Source: an uncultured bacterium
GTDB lineage: Bacteria; Verrucomicrobiota; Verrucomicrobiia; Verrucomicrobiales; DEV007
DNA length: 64,000 nt
NCBI GenBank assembly: GCA_963977015.1
Contig: CAXBMO010000009.1
Span: forward strand, 1-64,000
Reading direction: 5' to 3'
Below, piece by piece: positions 50,749 to 61,072 of this stretch. The position numbers and the translations under genes are program-made. Within the stretch, counting starts at the first letter, position 1. Each line of letters starts with the position of its first letter. Below the pieces are notes generated by a model that worked only from the letters and a program-made list of their open reading frames with translations, searched no databases and had not been told where the DNA came from.

Positions 50749-51768
50749 ATGACGCACCCTTCCGAAGAGGACTTGGCGATTTACGCCGCTGAGATCAAAA
50801 AACTCACCGACGCGCTCAATCAAATTCTCTTTGGTCAGGAGGAACTCATCAACACGGTTGTGACCGGGGTGCTCGCACGCGGCCACATGCTGTTGGAAGG
50901 GTTGCCCGGATTGGGCAAGACGGAACTGGTCAAAGGGTTAAGCAAGGCCCTCAAACTGGATACAAAACGCATTCAGTTCACGCCCGACCTGCTTCCGGGC
51001 GATATTACCGGAAACCCGATCCTCCAGGAAACCGCCTCGGGACGGGAATTCGTCTTTCAACCGGGACCGCTGTTCACCAATCTCTGCCTGGCGGACGAAA
51101 TCAACCGGGCCTCGCCCAAGACGCAATCCGCATTGCTCGAAGCGATGCAGGAACGCCGGGTTACGGTCCTGGGCCAATCCCACACGTTGCCCGATCCTTT
51201 TTTCGTCCTGGCGACCCAGAACCCGATCGAGTTGGAAGGCACCTACCCGCTTCCGGAAGCCCAGCTGGATCGCTTTCTCTTCAAGGTCGAAGTCTATCGC
51301 AACAGCGCCGAAACCCTGGAGAAAATCGTCAACCATCGCGAGTTAGGCGTTGAGCCCATGATCGAGCCGGTGATGGAAGCCGCTCAACTCGCGAAAATCA
51401 CCCAGGCGGTCCGAACCGTTTACCTGCCGGATGTCGTCGCCAACTACATCGCGCGTCTGGTCGACGGAACCCATCCCGGTCAAAGCGAAGCCGCCAAGGG
51501 CATCAAGTTTGGAGCCAGCCCACGAGCCGCCCTCAGTCTCGCGTCGGCAGCCAAGGCGCGGGCGCTGATGAATGGCAGGGTCAACGCAAGTTTTGAAGAC
51601 GTCAAAATGGTAGCAACTCCCGTTTTGCAGCACCGAATTGTTTTGGACTACAACGCCCGAATTGATGGGAAGACCAACCGTCAAATCGTTGCTGAATTGC
51701 TGATGGAGATTCCTGCCCAATCCATGAATGTCCCCAAAACATTGAAAGAAACGGAGACAGCAGCCTAG
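50749..51768 (+). CDS. MoxR-family AAA+ ATPase
   Basis: EGLPGLGKT, RIQFTPDLLPGD, DEINRASPKTQSALLEAMQE, ATQNPIELEGTYPLPEAQLDRF. Confidence 0.96.
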   Translation: MTHPSEEDLAIYAAEIKKLTDALNQILFGQEELINTVVTGVLARGHMLLEGLPGLGKTELVKGLSKALKLDTKRIQFTPDLLPGDITGNPILQETASGREFVFQPGPLFTNLCLADEINRASPKTQSALLEAMQERRVTVLGQSHTLPDPFFVLATQNPIELEGTYPLPEAQLDRFLFKVEVYRNSAETLEKIVNHRELGVEPMIEPVMEAAQLAKITQAVRTVYLPDVVANYIARLVDGTHPGQSEAAKGIKFGASPRAALSLASAAKARALMNGRVNASFEDVKMVATPVLQHRIVLDYNARIDGKTNRQIVAELLMEIPAQSMNVPKTLKETETAA

Positions 51769-51776
51769 TATCAGTA

Positions 51777-53642
51777 TTGGAATCCTTGAAAATGGCGGAG
51801 GACATGAACCAGTTGGCGAGCGCTCTCATTTTGAGGTCGCGATTGGCATTTCTCCCGGTCCTGGCCCTGCTCTCGTTCCTGTCCCCTTCCCCAACTTGGG
51901 CGCGGGGAAATTTTGGCAATTGGACGGTGGATGGCCTGACCAAAACCCAGGTTGAAGTCTATTCCGCCTTCGAAGGCTTGCCGGACCGCGGCTATCTCCC
52001 TGTCACGGTCAAAATCCGGAACGGTTTCGAATCCGAGCGCCGGTGGAGCATCTCGTTTGATGCCAAACCCCAGTACAGCTACGGCGACGGAATCACCTCC
52101 AAATCGTCCTTTTCCATCACCACGCCCGGGCAATCGGAAACGGAGCACGAATTGATGGTTCCAATTCCGAGTTCCCTCGATCGCTCACCCAACACGGAGG
52201 TGATCATGCGACTCTCTTCGCGTGGCGTCGGCCCTCGATCCGGCAGCATTGAGGGATTTCACCATCGAGACTGGCCCAGCATTGCCTTCAGCGATGAACT
52301 GGACGGCCGCGACAACCTGGATCAACTCAGCACGCATCTTCGAAACGTGGCGAAGAAGATTTCGAGCAATGAAGCCGCCGCCACGCTCTTCGAAGCGGAA
52401 GCGCTGTCCGCAGACTGGCGCGCTTACACCGGCTTTGACGCAATCATGTTGACCGATACGGAGTGGATGGCCCTGGAGCCGTCGGTTCGCCGCGAAATCC
52501 TGGCTTGGAATCGTTTGGGCGGGCACTTGTTTCTCTACACCACCGCTGCCAATGCCAACGCCGCTTCGTTTGGAATCAACGACATTGGCCCCAAATCCAA
52601 TCGCTCGTTGGGCAAAATCCGGATCAATCAATGGGATGGCGACCGCATCAATCTCAAGGAAACCGCAAACCAACTCATCCAGGCTCCCGTTCTTACCACT
52701 CAACTTGACCAAAACTTTGTTTCCAAATGGGGACTCCAGAAAACGTTCGGGTTTCGGAACTTCAATCCAATCGCCGTTTTCCTCATTTTGATCGCCTTCG
52801 CCATCGCGGTTGGGCCGGTGAACCTGTTTGTGCTCGCGAAACCTGGAATGCGGCATCGCCTGTTCATCACGACGCCGATCATCTCGCTCGCCGCCAGTTT
52901 TCTGCTGATCCTGCTGATCGTCTTTCAGGATGGATTTGGCGGAAGTGGAATCCGGACGGCACTGATGCTCCTGAACAGTGAACCGGACGAGCGACGCGCC
53001 TACGTCATCCAGGAGCAGATTTCGCGAACCGGAGTCTTGCTGAATCGTTCGTTTGAAATGGACGAACCCACGTTCATCACGCCAGCCGTCATGAACACTT
53101 CACGCTGGACCCATTTTGACGATTCCAGTGGACTCGGAGCCACGTTCCGCTACGTCGGCAATGATCTCGGCGGAGACTGGTTTCAGAGTCGAAGCGAGCA
53201 GGCTCATTACGCGCAAACCATTCGCCCGACGCGAGCCCGGATTGAGCGCCTTGATCCGGACGCCGAGGGAACGCCCCGCTTTTTCTCCAGCATCGATTTT
53301 GGATTGCGGGAGTTTTTCTACATCGCGGAAGACGGAAAGGTTTGGAAGGCAAAGGACGCAGTGAGCGCGGGCCAGGAAATCGAGCTGGCGGAAAGCGATC
53401 AGGAAGCGCTGACCGCGTTTTGGAATTCGGCGCGCGAAGATTTCACCAAAACGCTCAAGAAGAAGATCGGAGAATTGGTCGAGTTGGAACGCGACACGTT
53501 TTTTGCGGTGGCCACAAAACCACGCGATCACCTCATCCCAACGCTTCAATCGATCCGGTGGAGAACGGGAACCGATGGCGATCGCCTTCTCCTCGTCGGC
53601 TCCCCGATTGAACGTGAACCCAAAAACGCGGAGGGACAATGA
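51777..53642 (+). CDS. exported/membrane hypothetical protein of the MoxR operon
   Basis: Signal-like N-terminus (true start possibly ATG 51805), W.AY.GFDAIML...W..LGG.L segment, two TM with VGPVN. Confidence 0.85.
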   Translation: MESLKMAEDMNQLASALILRSRLAFLPVLALLSFLSPSPTWARGNFGNWTVDGLTKTQVEVYSAFEGLPDRGYLPVTVKIRNGFESERRWSISFDAKPQYSYGDGITSKSSFSITTPGQSETEHELMVPIPSSLDRSPNTEVIMRLSSRGVGPRSGSIEGFHHRDWPSIAFSDELDGRDNLDQLSTHLRNVAKKISSNEAAATLFEAEALSADWRAYTGFDAIMLTDTEWMALEPSVRREILAWNRLGGHLFLYTTAANANAASFGINDIGPKSNRSLGKIRINQWDGDRINLKETANQLIQAPVLTTQLDQNFVSKWGLQKTFGFRNFNPIAVFLILIAFAIAVGPVNLFVLAKPGMRHRLFITTPIISLAASFLLILLIVFQDGFGGSGIRTALMLLNSEPDERRAYVIQEQISRTGVLLNRSFEMDEPTFITPAVMNTSRWTHFDDSSGLGATFRYVGNDLGGDWFQSRSEQAHYAQTIRPTRARIERLDPDAEGTPRFFSSIDFGLREFFYIAEDGKVWKAKDAVSAGQEIELAESDQEALTAFWNSAREDFTKTLKKKIGELVELERDTFFAVATKPRDHLIPTLQSIRWRTGTDGDRLLLVGSPIEREPKNAEGQ

Positions 53643-54649
53643 GCACGACGAACGGAGATACCCCAGCAATCCGCGTTACCAGCCTGCATCGCAGCTTCGG
53701 CACGCTCAAGGCTGTCGACGGAGTCACGTTCGAGATCCCCAAAGGCCAGGTGGTCGGCTTCGTCGGCGCCAACGGAGCCGGTAAAACCACGACGATGCGG
53801 ATCCTGGCCACGCTCGATTATCCGAGCACGGGCACGGTCGAGATTCTCGGAATCGATGTTGTCGATTACCCGGCCGAGGTAAGAAAAATTCTGGGGTGGA
53901 TGCCGGACGATTTCGGCACCTACGAATACATGACCGTCGTCGAATACCTCGACTTCTTTGCCCGCGCGCTCGGTTTCAAAGATCAGGAGCGCATCCAGCG
54001 CATCAGCGACGTGATGGAATTCACGGAGTTGGACAAATTGGCGGACCGCCTCATCAACAAGCTCTCCAAAGGGATGGGCCAGCGCCTTTGCCTCGGTCGC
54101 GCGTTGATTCATGATCCCGAAGTCCTCATTCTCGACGAACCAGCTGCGGGACTCGACCCAAAAGCGCGCGTCGAGCTGAAACACTTGATCCGGATTCTGG
54201 CGGAAGAGGGAAAAACGATCTTCATCAGCTCCCACATTCTCAGTGAACTCGGCGAAATGTGCGATGCCCTCCTCTTCATCAACAACGGGCAGATCATTCA
54301 CCATGGAAGCGCTGACGATCTCAAGCAGCACAAAGACGCCGGTGTCCTGGTCGATGTCCAGTTGGATGCCGAATCCGCCAAGCTTGAGGAATGGGCCGCC
54401 CTTTCCCCTCACGTCCGGTTTGTGGACTCCAGGAAAAACGGCGGGCGCATCGAGATCGACTCCGGCGAGCCGGAGATCGTGGCCGGCGTGTTGAAGAAGA
54501 TGGTAACCGACGGCCTTCCCATCATCGAGTTCCACCGTGAAGAGCGAAACCTGGAAGACGCCTTCATCGAAATCGTCGGGAACCTGGAACGCGAAGCTGA
54601 GCTGAAGAAAGCAGCTCTCAGCCCACCTGAAATTCCAACGACTTCGTGA
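53639..54649 (+). CDS. ABC transporter ATP-binding protein (DrrA/CcmA-like)
   Basis: GANGAGKTT, LSKGMGQR, LILDEPAAGLDP, SSHIL. Confidence 0.95.
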   Translation: MSTTNGDTPAIRVTSLHRSFGTLKAVDGVTFEIPKGQVVGFVGANGAGKTTTMRILATLDYPSTGTVEILGIDVVDYPAEVRKILGWMPDDFGTYEYMTVVEYLDFFARALGFKDQERIQRISDVMEFTELDKLADRLINKLSKGMGQRLCLGRALIHDPEVLILDEPAAGLDPKARVELKHLIRILAEEGKTIFISSHILSELGEMCDALLFINNGQIIHHGSADDLKQHKDAGVLVDVQLDAESAKLEEWAALSPHVRFVDSRKNGGRIEIDSGEPEIVAGVLKKMVTDGLPIIEFHREERNLEDAFIEIVGNLEREAELKKAALSPPEIPTTS

Positions 54650-56094
54650 CCGCCACCGACAAACTGAGCGATTTCAAGGATTGGATCAGCCCCATCATCG
54701 TGAAGGAGCTGCGCCAGGGAATGCGAACCCGGCTCTTCACGGCCGCCTTTATCGTGCTCCAGGGATTCATGGTGTTGTTCGTGATGATCGGATTTGCCGA
54801 GGGGAGCGGCTCCAATGCCGGAACGTCGGGATTTTTCTGGTTCCTCATTTCCATCACCCTGCTGCTGGTCATGCCGCTTCGGGGCTTCGCCGCCTTGAGC
54901 TCCGAAATTCGGCTGAACACGATGGATTTGATCGCGCTGACGCGAATGAGTTCCTGGCGGATCACCGCCGGAAAATGGGCCGCCCTCGTCAGCCAGACGG
55001 CTCTGCTGACGGTCGCGGTGCTGCCCTATGTCGTTTTGCGCTACTTTTTCGGTGGGGTAAACCCGATCAGCGAGCTGTTTTTTCTCGGGCTCATCCTCAC
55101 CGTTTCCTGTGTCCTCAGCGCCGCGATGGTCGGCTTGTCGGCCTTCCCCAATTTCCTGGTTCGCGCACTCATCGCGGTCGGCGCCAGCATTGCCGCGATC
55201 TCATTCAGCAGCGCCATGGTCGGAATGAGCAACGAAAATTTCGCATTCGACGATCCTGAATTCCGCTGGGGAATGGCGGCTTTTCTCTCAATTTCCGCGT
55301 TTTTGACCTACTACTTTCTTGCGATGGGAGCAACCCGCATCGCGACAGAGGCGGACAACTACAGCACGCTCAAACGCCTCATCTCCTTCCTGGTCACAGC
55401 CATCGTTCTGGGCTTGCCTCTGATTTCTTCCAGCATCGATTCCGAGCCCTGCTACGTCATCGCGGGAATCCTCATCGCGTTTTTTGCACTGGATGCGTTG
55501 ACGGAAGCCCCGTCCGGCGTCCGCAGTCTCCACCTCCCCTTCAACCGGAAAGGGATGCTGGGTTTTGCGCTTCAGTTTCTCCTCACTCCGGGATGGTTTT
55601 CCGGAGTGTTCTACGTTCTCTGCCTCGGCCTCATGCATACCGTGGCTGCCGTGGCTTACGGAACGACCGACTTCAGTTGGAGTGCCGATCAAGCCATCAC
55701 CATCGGAGTCGCGATTACGGGAACGCTGCTCTTTCCCCTCCTCATCATCCACCTTTTCTTCACGGAACCCAAAAACCTCTTCGCGACCTACTTTTTTGTC
55801 CAGGTTGCAGTTGCCGCAGTCGGGTTTTGTCTGCTTGCGGTCCAGGACGTCATTCCGGCGTTCATGTGGGCGGGAAGTCCCATCCCCTTTGTGAACTTCC
55901 TCATGTCGGTCGACGACAGCAACAACAACTACGACTCCATGCTGCTGGTTCTTGCGTTGCTCACTCTCATCGTCACCATCCTCGTCTGCCTTTGGCGGGC
56001 TGCGCCTCTGATTCAGCAGATCAAGAGTTTCCGACAAGACTTTCTCGCCAAATCTCAACCGTCTCCATCCTTGAGCACCGCGACCGATGAGTAA
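54646..56094 (+). CDS. ABC-2 type permease-like membrane protein
   Basis: PIIVKELRQ, E...NTMDL..LT.....I..GK, about 12 TM; GTGA overlap with the ATPase. Confidence 0.85.
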   Translation: MTATDKLSDFKDWISPIIVKELRQGMRTRLFTAAFIVLQGFMVLFVMIGFAEGSGSNAGTSGFFWFLISITLLLVMPLRGFAALSSEIRLNTMDLIALTRMSSWRITAGKWAALVSQTALLTVAVLPYVVLRYFFGGVNPISELFFLGLILTVSCVLSAAMVGLSAFPNFLVRALIAVGASIAAISFSSAMVGMSNENFAFDDPEFRWGMAAFLSISAFLTYYFLAMGATRIATEADNYSTLKRLISFLVTAIVLGLPLISSSIDSEPCYVIAGILIAFFALDALTEAPSGVRSLHLPFNRKGMLGFALQFLLTPGWFSGVFYVLCLGLMHTVAAVAYGTTDFSWSADQAITIGVAITGTLLFPLLIIHLFFTEPKNLFATYFFVQVAVAAVGFCLLAVQDVIPAFMWAGSPIPFVNFLMSVDDSNNNYDSMLLVLALLTLIVTILVCLWRAAPLIQQIKSFRQDFLAKSQPSPSLSTATDE

Positions 56095-56983
56095 TCTCAA
56101 CATCGCCAAAGACGAGCTCGGGAAAATTGGCCGGCAAGCGGAAGCCTGGGCCGATCTCTACAAACTTCCGCTCGGCAAACGAACCTGGCGCGGAATGACG
56201 GGAGATTTTCAGGGCAGCGGAGTCGGTTCCTCACTCGATTTCCAGGATCATCGGGCCTATGCCCCGGGCGACGATCCCCGCCACATCAACTGGCAGGCCT
56301 ACGCGCGCAGTGGCAATTACACCATGAAGCTGTATCGCGAGGAAGTCCGCCCTCTCATCGACGTCATTTTTGATGTCTCCGATTCCATGTTCTTCGAGCC
56401 GGCAAAAAAGCAGCGCAGTCTCGAGCTCTTCTACTTTGTGGTTCACGCGGTCCTCAAAAGTGGCGCCAGCGGCAAGTTTCTCCTCGTGAAAGGTAGCGAA
56501 CACCGCTTTCTGCGCGATGAAGCAATTCACACGCACGCCTGGGTCGACGTTGCCGCCGACATGCCCGCCACCGCCACTTCAGAGCCGCCCCGCCTCGCTC
56601 CCATCCCGGTTCGCGCCCAAGCCATGCGCATCTTCGTGAGCGATTTGCTTTTCCACAGTGAGGTCGAGCCCATTCTCCAGGCTCTCGTCAGCCGCAAAGG
56701 TTTCGGAACCGTGTTCGCGCCGTTTTGCGTCAGCGAAGCGCGACCGGATTGGAGCGGAAACTACGAGTTTGTCGATTCCGAGGATGGCTCCAAACACGCC
56801 CACCGCGTCCAATTCAGCCTCCTCGAACGCTACCGCAAAGCCTACGATCGGCATTTTGCCCATTGGAAACACCTGGGGCGGAAATACGACGTCGGGATTG
56901 TTCGACTCCCGGCGGAATCGGAATTTTCCGAAGCCATGCGCTGGGAAGGAATCGCTGCGGGAGCCGTCGAACTGTGGACCTGA
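56087..56983 (+). CDS. DUF58 (vWA-like) protein
   Basis: G.SLDFQDHRAY.PGDD.RHINW..YAR, MIDAS-like DVSDSM, FVSD. Confidence 0.92.
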   Translation: MSNLNIAKDELGKIGRQAEAWADLYKLPLGKRTWRGMTGDFQGSGVGSSLDFQDHRAYAPGDDPRHINWQAYARSGNYTMKLYREEVRPLIDVIFDVSDSMFFEPAKKQRSLELFYFVVHAVLKSGASGKFLLVKGSEHRFLRDEAIHTHAWVDVAADMPATATSEPPRLAPIPVRAQAMRIFVSDLLFHSEVEPILQALVSRKGFGTVFAPFCVSEARPDWSGNYEFVDSEDGSKHAHRVQFSLLERYRKAYDRHFAHWKHLGRKYDVGIVRLPAESEFSEAMRWEGIAAGAVELWT

Positions 56984-57047
56984 GAAAACTTCCCAAAAAT
57001 CAGACTAATTGCTTGATCTACGTTGAGCACTGCGAGTTTGGTCTGGG

Positions 57048-58475
57048 GTGAAACAAACCCCCACCAGCATCCTGGCGTTTATCGCCACCACCCTGATTCT
57101 TGCTTCCCAGTTTGCGGCAGCTGCGAAACCGAACTTCATCATCATCTTCGCTGATGATCAAGGCTATGGCGACCTGAGTTGTTTCGGCTCCGAAACCATC
57201 CAAACACCGAATATCGACCGGTTGAGCACGGAAGGCCGCAAGTTCACCAGTTTCATGGTCGCTTCACCCGTGTGCACACCTTCGCGGGCTGCGCTGCTGA
57301 CGGGCTGTTATCCCAAACGCGTCGGCATGCACCAGCATGTCCTGTTTCCCTCCTCCACCAAGGGGCTGAATCCTGAGGAACACACCATCGCCGATCACCT
57401 GAAGTCACAGGGTTTTGCCACGGCCTGCTTTGGCAAATGGCACCTGGGCCACCACCCGGAAGTGTTGCCAACTTCGAACGGGTTCGACACTTACTACGGC
57501 ATTCCGTATTCCAACGACATGAATCACCCGGACAACAAAGGCAAACCCAAGGGCGGTCCGAATGGCATGGATTTGCTCTGGAATGATCCGGAATCGACCC
57601 TGACCAAGTGGAAAACTCCGTTGTTTGAGGATGAGGAGATTGTGGAACTGCCGGTTGACCAACGAACCATCACCCGTCGCTGCACCCAAAAAGCAATCGA
57701 CTTCGTGAAAGCCAACCAGGACGAGCCCTTCTTCGTTTACCTGCCTTATTCCATGCCACACATCCCGCTCTATGTGCCGGATGACGTGCGCGATCCCGAT
57801 CCCAAAAATGCTTACATCAATACGATCGAGCACATCGACACGGAAGTCGGTAGGTTACTGGACGTTCTGGATGAGCTGAAACTGACGGAGAACACCTATG
57901 TCATTTACACGACCGACAACGGCCCTTGGTTGACCTTCAATCACCACGGCGGCTCTGCCGGACCTCTGCGCAATGGAAAAGGCACCACGTTCGAAGGCGG
58001 CCAGCGCGTTCCCTGCCTCATGCGTGGACCGGGAATTCCAGCAGGAACGGTTTGTGAGGAGTTGACGGGAACGATTGATCTGTTGCCAACCATTGCAGCC
58101 ATCACCGGCGAGCCACTACCTGCCGGAAAAACGATCGACGGGATGGATGTCTCTGGATTGTGGATGGGCACAGAAGAAAAATCTCCGCGAGAGGAATTCG
58201 TTCACTACACGTCGCGGGGCGATCTCGAAGGAATTCGCCGGAAAAATTGGAAGCTGCTGGTGAAGAAACCGCGCGCCCCCCGCAATCAGAAAAACGCGCC
58301 CCCTCAAGCCCCCAAACCACCCGAGATTCTGCTCTTTGATCTCAGTCAGGACCTTGGAGAAATGAACAACGTCGCGGAGGCAAATCCCGAAATCGTGGAA
58401 ACACTTCAGGCGCGGATGACCGAGTTGGACGCTGAGATCACGGAAAACGCCCGCGCTCCCTGGGTGAAGCAATAG
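57048..58475 (+). CDS. arylsulfatase-type sulfatase (exported)
   Basis: Signal peptide, PNFIIIFADDQGYGD, CTPSRAALLTG, GKWHLG, DNGP, EGGQRVP. Confidence 0.95.
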   Translation: MKQTPTSILAFIATTLILASQFAAAAKPNFIIIFADDQGYGDLSCFGSETIQTPNIDRLSTEGRKFTSFMVASPVCTPSRAALLTGCYPKRVGMHQHVLFPSSTKGLNPEEHTIADHLKSQGFATACFGKWHLGHHPEVLPTSNGFDTYYGIPYSNDMNHPDNKGKPKGGPNGMDLLWNDPESTLTKWKTPLFEDEEIVELPVDQRTITRRCTQKAIDFVKANQDEPFFVYLPYSMPHIPLYVPDDVRDPDPKNAYINTIEHIDTEVGRLLDVLDELKLTENTYVIYTTDNGPWLTFNHHGGSAGPLRNGKGTTFEGGQRVPCLMRGPGIPAGTVCEELTGTIDLLPTIAAITGEPLPAGKTIDGMDVSGLWMGTEEKSPREEFVHYTSRGDLEGIRRKNWKLLVKKPRAPRNQKNAPPQAPKPPEILLFDLSQDLGEMNNVAEANPEIVETLQARMTELDAEITENARAPWVKQ

Positions 58476-58486
58476 CCCTTCTTGAG

Positions 58487-58906
58487 CTACTCCATTCCTG
58501 ATACGAACTCCAAACTCCCATCCTCGTTGAGCCGGCGATAGTAGCACCCATGCCGCGCTTTGCCGTCGGCTCCCTTGGTGTGGCAAGAACCCGCTCCGGC
58601 GAGTTTGACCCAATAGAGGATGGAGTTTTGCTCGCAATTGACGCGGACTTCGATGAGTTCGAGGTAGTCGCCGCTGGTTTTCCCTTTGATCCAGAGTTCA
58701 TTGCGGCTCGTGCTCCAAAATGTCGCTTTCTTCTCTTTCAGGGCGGTGTCCAGCGCGAGTTGGTTGGCGTACCCGACAATGAGCAATTCACCGGTTTCGA
58801 CATCCTGTGCGACGGCGGGAACGACTTCCGAGCCTGTCGCCGCGATTTTCTGCAGCTTGGTAAAGTCCAGCTTCAGCTGGGTTCCTTCTTCAATTTCTTT
58901 GGCCAT
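58487..58906 (-). CDS. hisI: phosphoribosyl-AMP cyclohydrolase
   Basis: VPAVAQD, FWSTSRNELWIKGKTSG, NCEQN, SCHT...CYY. Confidence 0.9.
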   Translation of the reverse strand: MAKEIEEGTQLKLDFTKLQKIAATGSEVVPAVAQDVETGELLIVGYANQLALDTALKEKKATFWSTSRNELWIKGKTSGDYLELIEVRVNCEQNSILYWVKLAGAGSCHTKGADGKARHGCYYRRLNEDGSLEFVSGME

Positions 58907-58974
58907 TTCTAGGGAAATTCAGGTTTCAAGCCTTCCGTTTTAAGTTAGGGGATTGCAAGCACTTCTAAGATTCT

Positions 58975-60378
58975 ATGGATTTTGACTTTGTTGTATTAGG
59001 CGGCGGTAGCGCGGGTTACGCGGCGGCAAGAACTGCTGTCGATCTTGGTTTGAAGACCGCGGTAATCGATGGCGCCGCAGAACTGGGAGGGCTCTGCATT
59101 CTACGCGGTTGCATGCCGAGCAAGACGCTGATTGAATCGGGAAATCGCTTCCGAACGTTGCGCCGCGCCGAAGAGTTCGGCCTCCGCGCCGACAATCTGA
59201 AAGCGCATGGCTCCGAGATCATCGCGCGAAAACGGAAGTTGATCGACGAGTTCGCGAGCTATCGCCAGGAACAGCTCCAGAGCGGAAAGTTCGAGCTCAT
59301 TCGTGGCCGCGCCAAATTTCTGAATCCGACGAAGCTCGAAGTGACGCTGAATGATGGGACCACCCAAACTGTAAAAGCGGCAACGAGCATAATTGCAACG
59401 GGCTCCGTAGTTTCCAAACTGGAATTGCCGGGTTTGGAAGAGGCCGGGTATTTGATCAGCGATGACATCCTCAACCTTGAGGAGATTCCAAAGTCCACCA
59501 TTGTGCTGGGCGGAGGACCCATTGCTCTGGAAATGGCGCACTATCTGGAGGCAGTGGGAAGCAAAGTCACGGTTGTTCAGCGAAGCAATCACGTCCTCAG
59601 CTCGATGGATGACGATTTGGCGGAAGTGGTCGAGTCCGCGTTCCGCGAACGAGGCCTGGAAGTGTATACCGGAACCAAACTAACCAAGGCCGAATCGAAG
59701 GGCGATCTCAAGGTGATCCACTTCGAGCACGAAGGTGAAGTCAAAACGGTTGAGGCTGAGCAAATTCTGCAGGCTTTGGGACGATCCCCCGCCACTGCGT
59801 CGTTGGGATTGGAAGCCGCCAGGGTCGAAACCAGTCGCGGGCGCGTCAACGTCGAGCCCACACAGGCCACCTCAGCCCCTAACATTTTCGCCGCAGGAGA
59901 CGTTTGCGGTCCGTTGGAAGTGGTTCACCTGGCAATCGAACAGGGAGAAGCCGCCGCTTTCAATGCCGCCCTTCATCTTCAGAAGACCTCCGGAATTTCA
60001 AAAACAATGGATTACCGGCTAAAGCTTTTTGGCGTCTTCACCGAGCCTCAAGTGGCTGCGGTTGGCATGAGCGAGAAGGAACTGAAGGACGCCGGAACAC
60101 CCTACGACGTCGAAACTTATCCGTTTGATGATCATGGAAAATCCATGGTGATGGGAGAAACGCACGGCTTCGTCAAGCTCATTGCCGAACCCAAAACGGG
60201 CAAGCTGTTAGGAGGCTCGGTCGTTGGCCCGGAGGCTGTGGATCTGATCCACGAAATTGTCGTGGCGATGCATTTTCACGCGACCTCCGCAGATTTGGCG
60301 CGAGTTCCTCACTATCATCCCACGCTCAGTGAGATTTGGACCTATCCAGCGGAGGAATTGGCTGAAAAAATGGCGTAA
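58975..60378 (+). CDS. class I pyridine nucleotide-disulfide oxidoreductase (dihydrolipoamide dehydrogenase-like)
   Basis: GGGSAG, GGLCILRGCMPSK, GGGPIALE, FAAGD, HYHPTLSE; no MerA C-terminal Cys pair. Confidence 0.9.
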   Translation: MDFDFVVLGGGSAGYAAARTAVDLGLKTAVIDGAAELGGLCILRGCMPSKTLIESGNRFRTLRRAEEFGLRADNLKAHGSEIIARKRKLIDEFASYRQEQLQSGKFELIRGRAKFLNPTKLEVTLNDGTTQTVKAATSIIATGSVVSKLELPGLEEAGYLISDDILNLEEIPKSTIVLGGGPIALEMAHYLEAVGSKVTVVQRSNHVLSSMDDDLAEVVESAFRERGLEVYTGTKLTKAESKGDLKVIHFEHEGEVKTVEAEQILQALGRSPATASLGLEAARVETSRGRVNVEPTQATSAPNIFAAGDVCGPLEVVHLAIEQGEAAAFNAALHLQKTSGISKTMDYRLKLFGVFTEPQVAAVGMSEKELKDAGTPYDVETYPFDDHGKSMVMGETHGFVKLIAEPKTGKLLGGSVVGPEAVDLIHEIVVAMHFHATSADLARVPHYHPTLSEIWTYPAEELAEKMA

Positions 60379-60544
60379 TTTTCGCTTCCCTTTTGATGAA
60401 TTACCGTGAGGATCACGTCTGTCCAGACAAGCAGCCGACAACTGAATCCTAAGATTCGGAGTTGCTTTGAAGAACACTCTAACTATGAAACGTCAGTCCG
60501 AGTTGGACATTGACATCTCCATAACAACTTGATTTAGTTGCGCC

Positions 60545-61072
60545 GTGCTCAAGCAAATTATCAACCAAGATCCTGCAGGGTCCAAGCCGCCACCAGCGCC
60601 TGCGCCAGAGCCAGCTCCGGCACCCGCTGCCTACGCCGAACCTGCACCGCAAGCCCAAACCGTACAACAACCGTCTACAACTGCCAGCCTGATGAGTTCC
60701 AGTAAAAATATCTTGTCGAATGATGTCGAAATCGTCGGAAATCTAAAATTCTCTCACGATTTGATCATTGATGGGAAAATCGAAGGTGAAGTTAATTCAG
60801 ATGGCAACCTGACCGTTGGCGAAAACGCCAAGGTCAAAGGGGAAATCAAAACGAAATCCGTGACGGTTTTCGGCAAGGTTGAAGGAAACATTACGGTTAC
60901 CGACCGCTGCGAGCTGAAATCCAACGCCGAATTGGTTGGAGACATCCGCGCTGGAACACTTTCTATCGAAGAGGGAGCTGCCTTCATGGGAGCTTCAACC
61001 GTTGGCGCTGCCGCCAAAGCATCCACACCTCCAGGAGGGGGATTGCCAAAGCCACCAGCACCACCTCAGTAA
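60545..61072 (+). CDS. bactofilin (polymer-forming cytoskeletal protein)
   Basis: Pro/Ala-rich N-tail, then ILSNDVEIVGNL...IIDGKIEGEV...VFGKVEGNI...LVGDI...LSIEEGAAFMG. Confidence 0.93.
   Translation: MLKQIINQDPAGSKPPPAPAPEPAPAPAAYAEPAPQAQTVQQPSTTASLMSSSKNILSNDVEIVGNLKFSHDLIIDGKIEGEVNSDGNLTVGENAKVKGEIKTKSVTVFGKVEGNITVTDRCELKSNAELVGDIRAGTLSIEEGAAFMGASTVGAAAKASTPPGGGLPKPPAPPQ

Noticed and set aside
58975-60378. Mercuric reductase (merA) call
   Set aside because: No HMA domain, no C-terminal Cys-Cys, no mer genes; has the HPTLSE motif
60585-60660. Short imperfect repeats in the bactofilin N-terminus (also 41525-41570)
   Set aside because: Encode Pro/Ala or Gly/Gln linkers with varied codons; not a DNA repeat array or CRISPR
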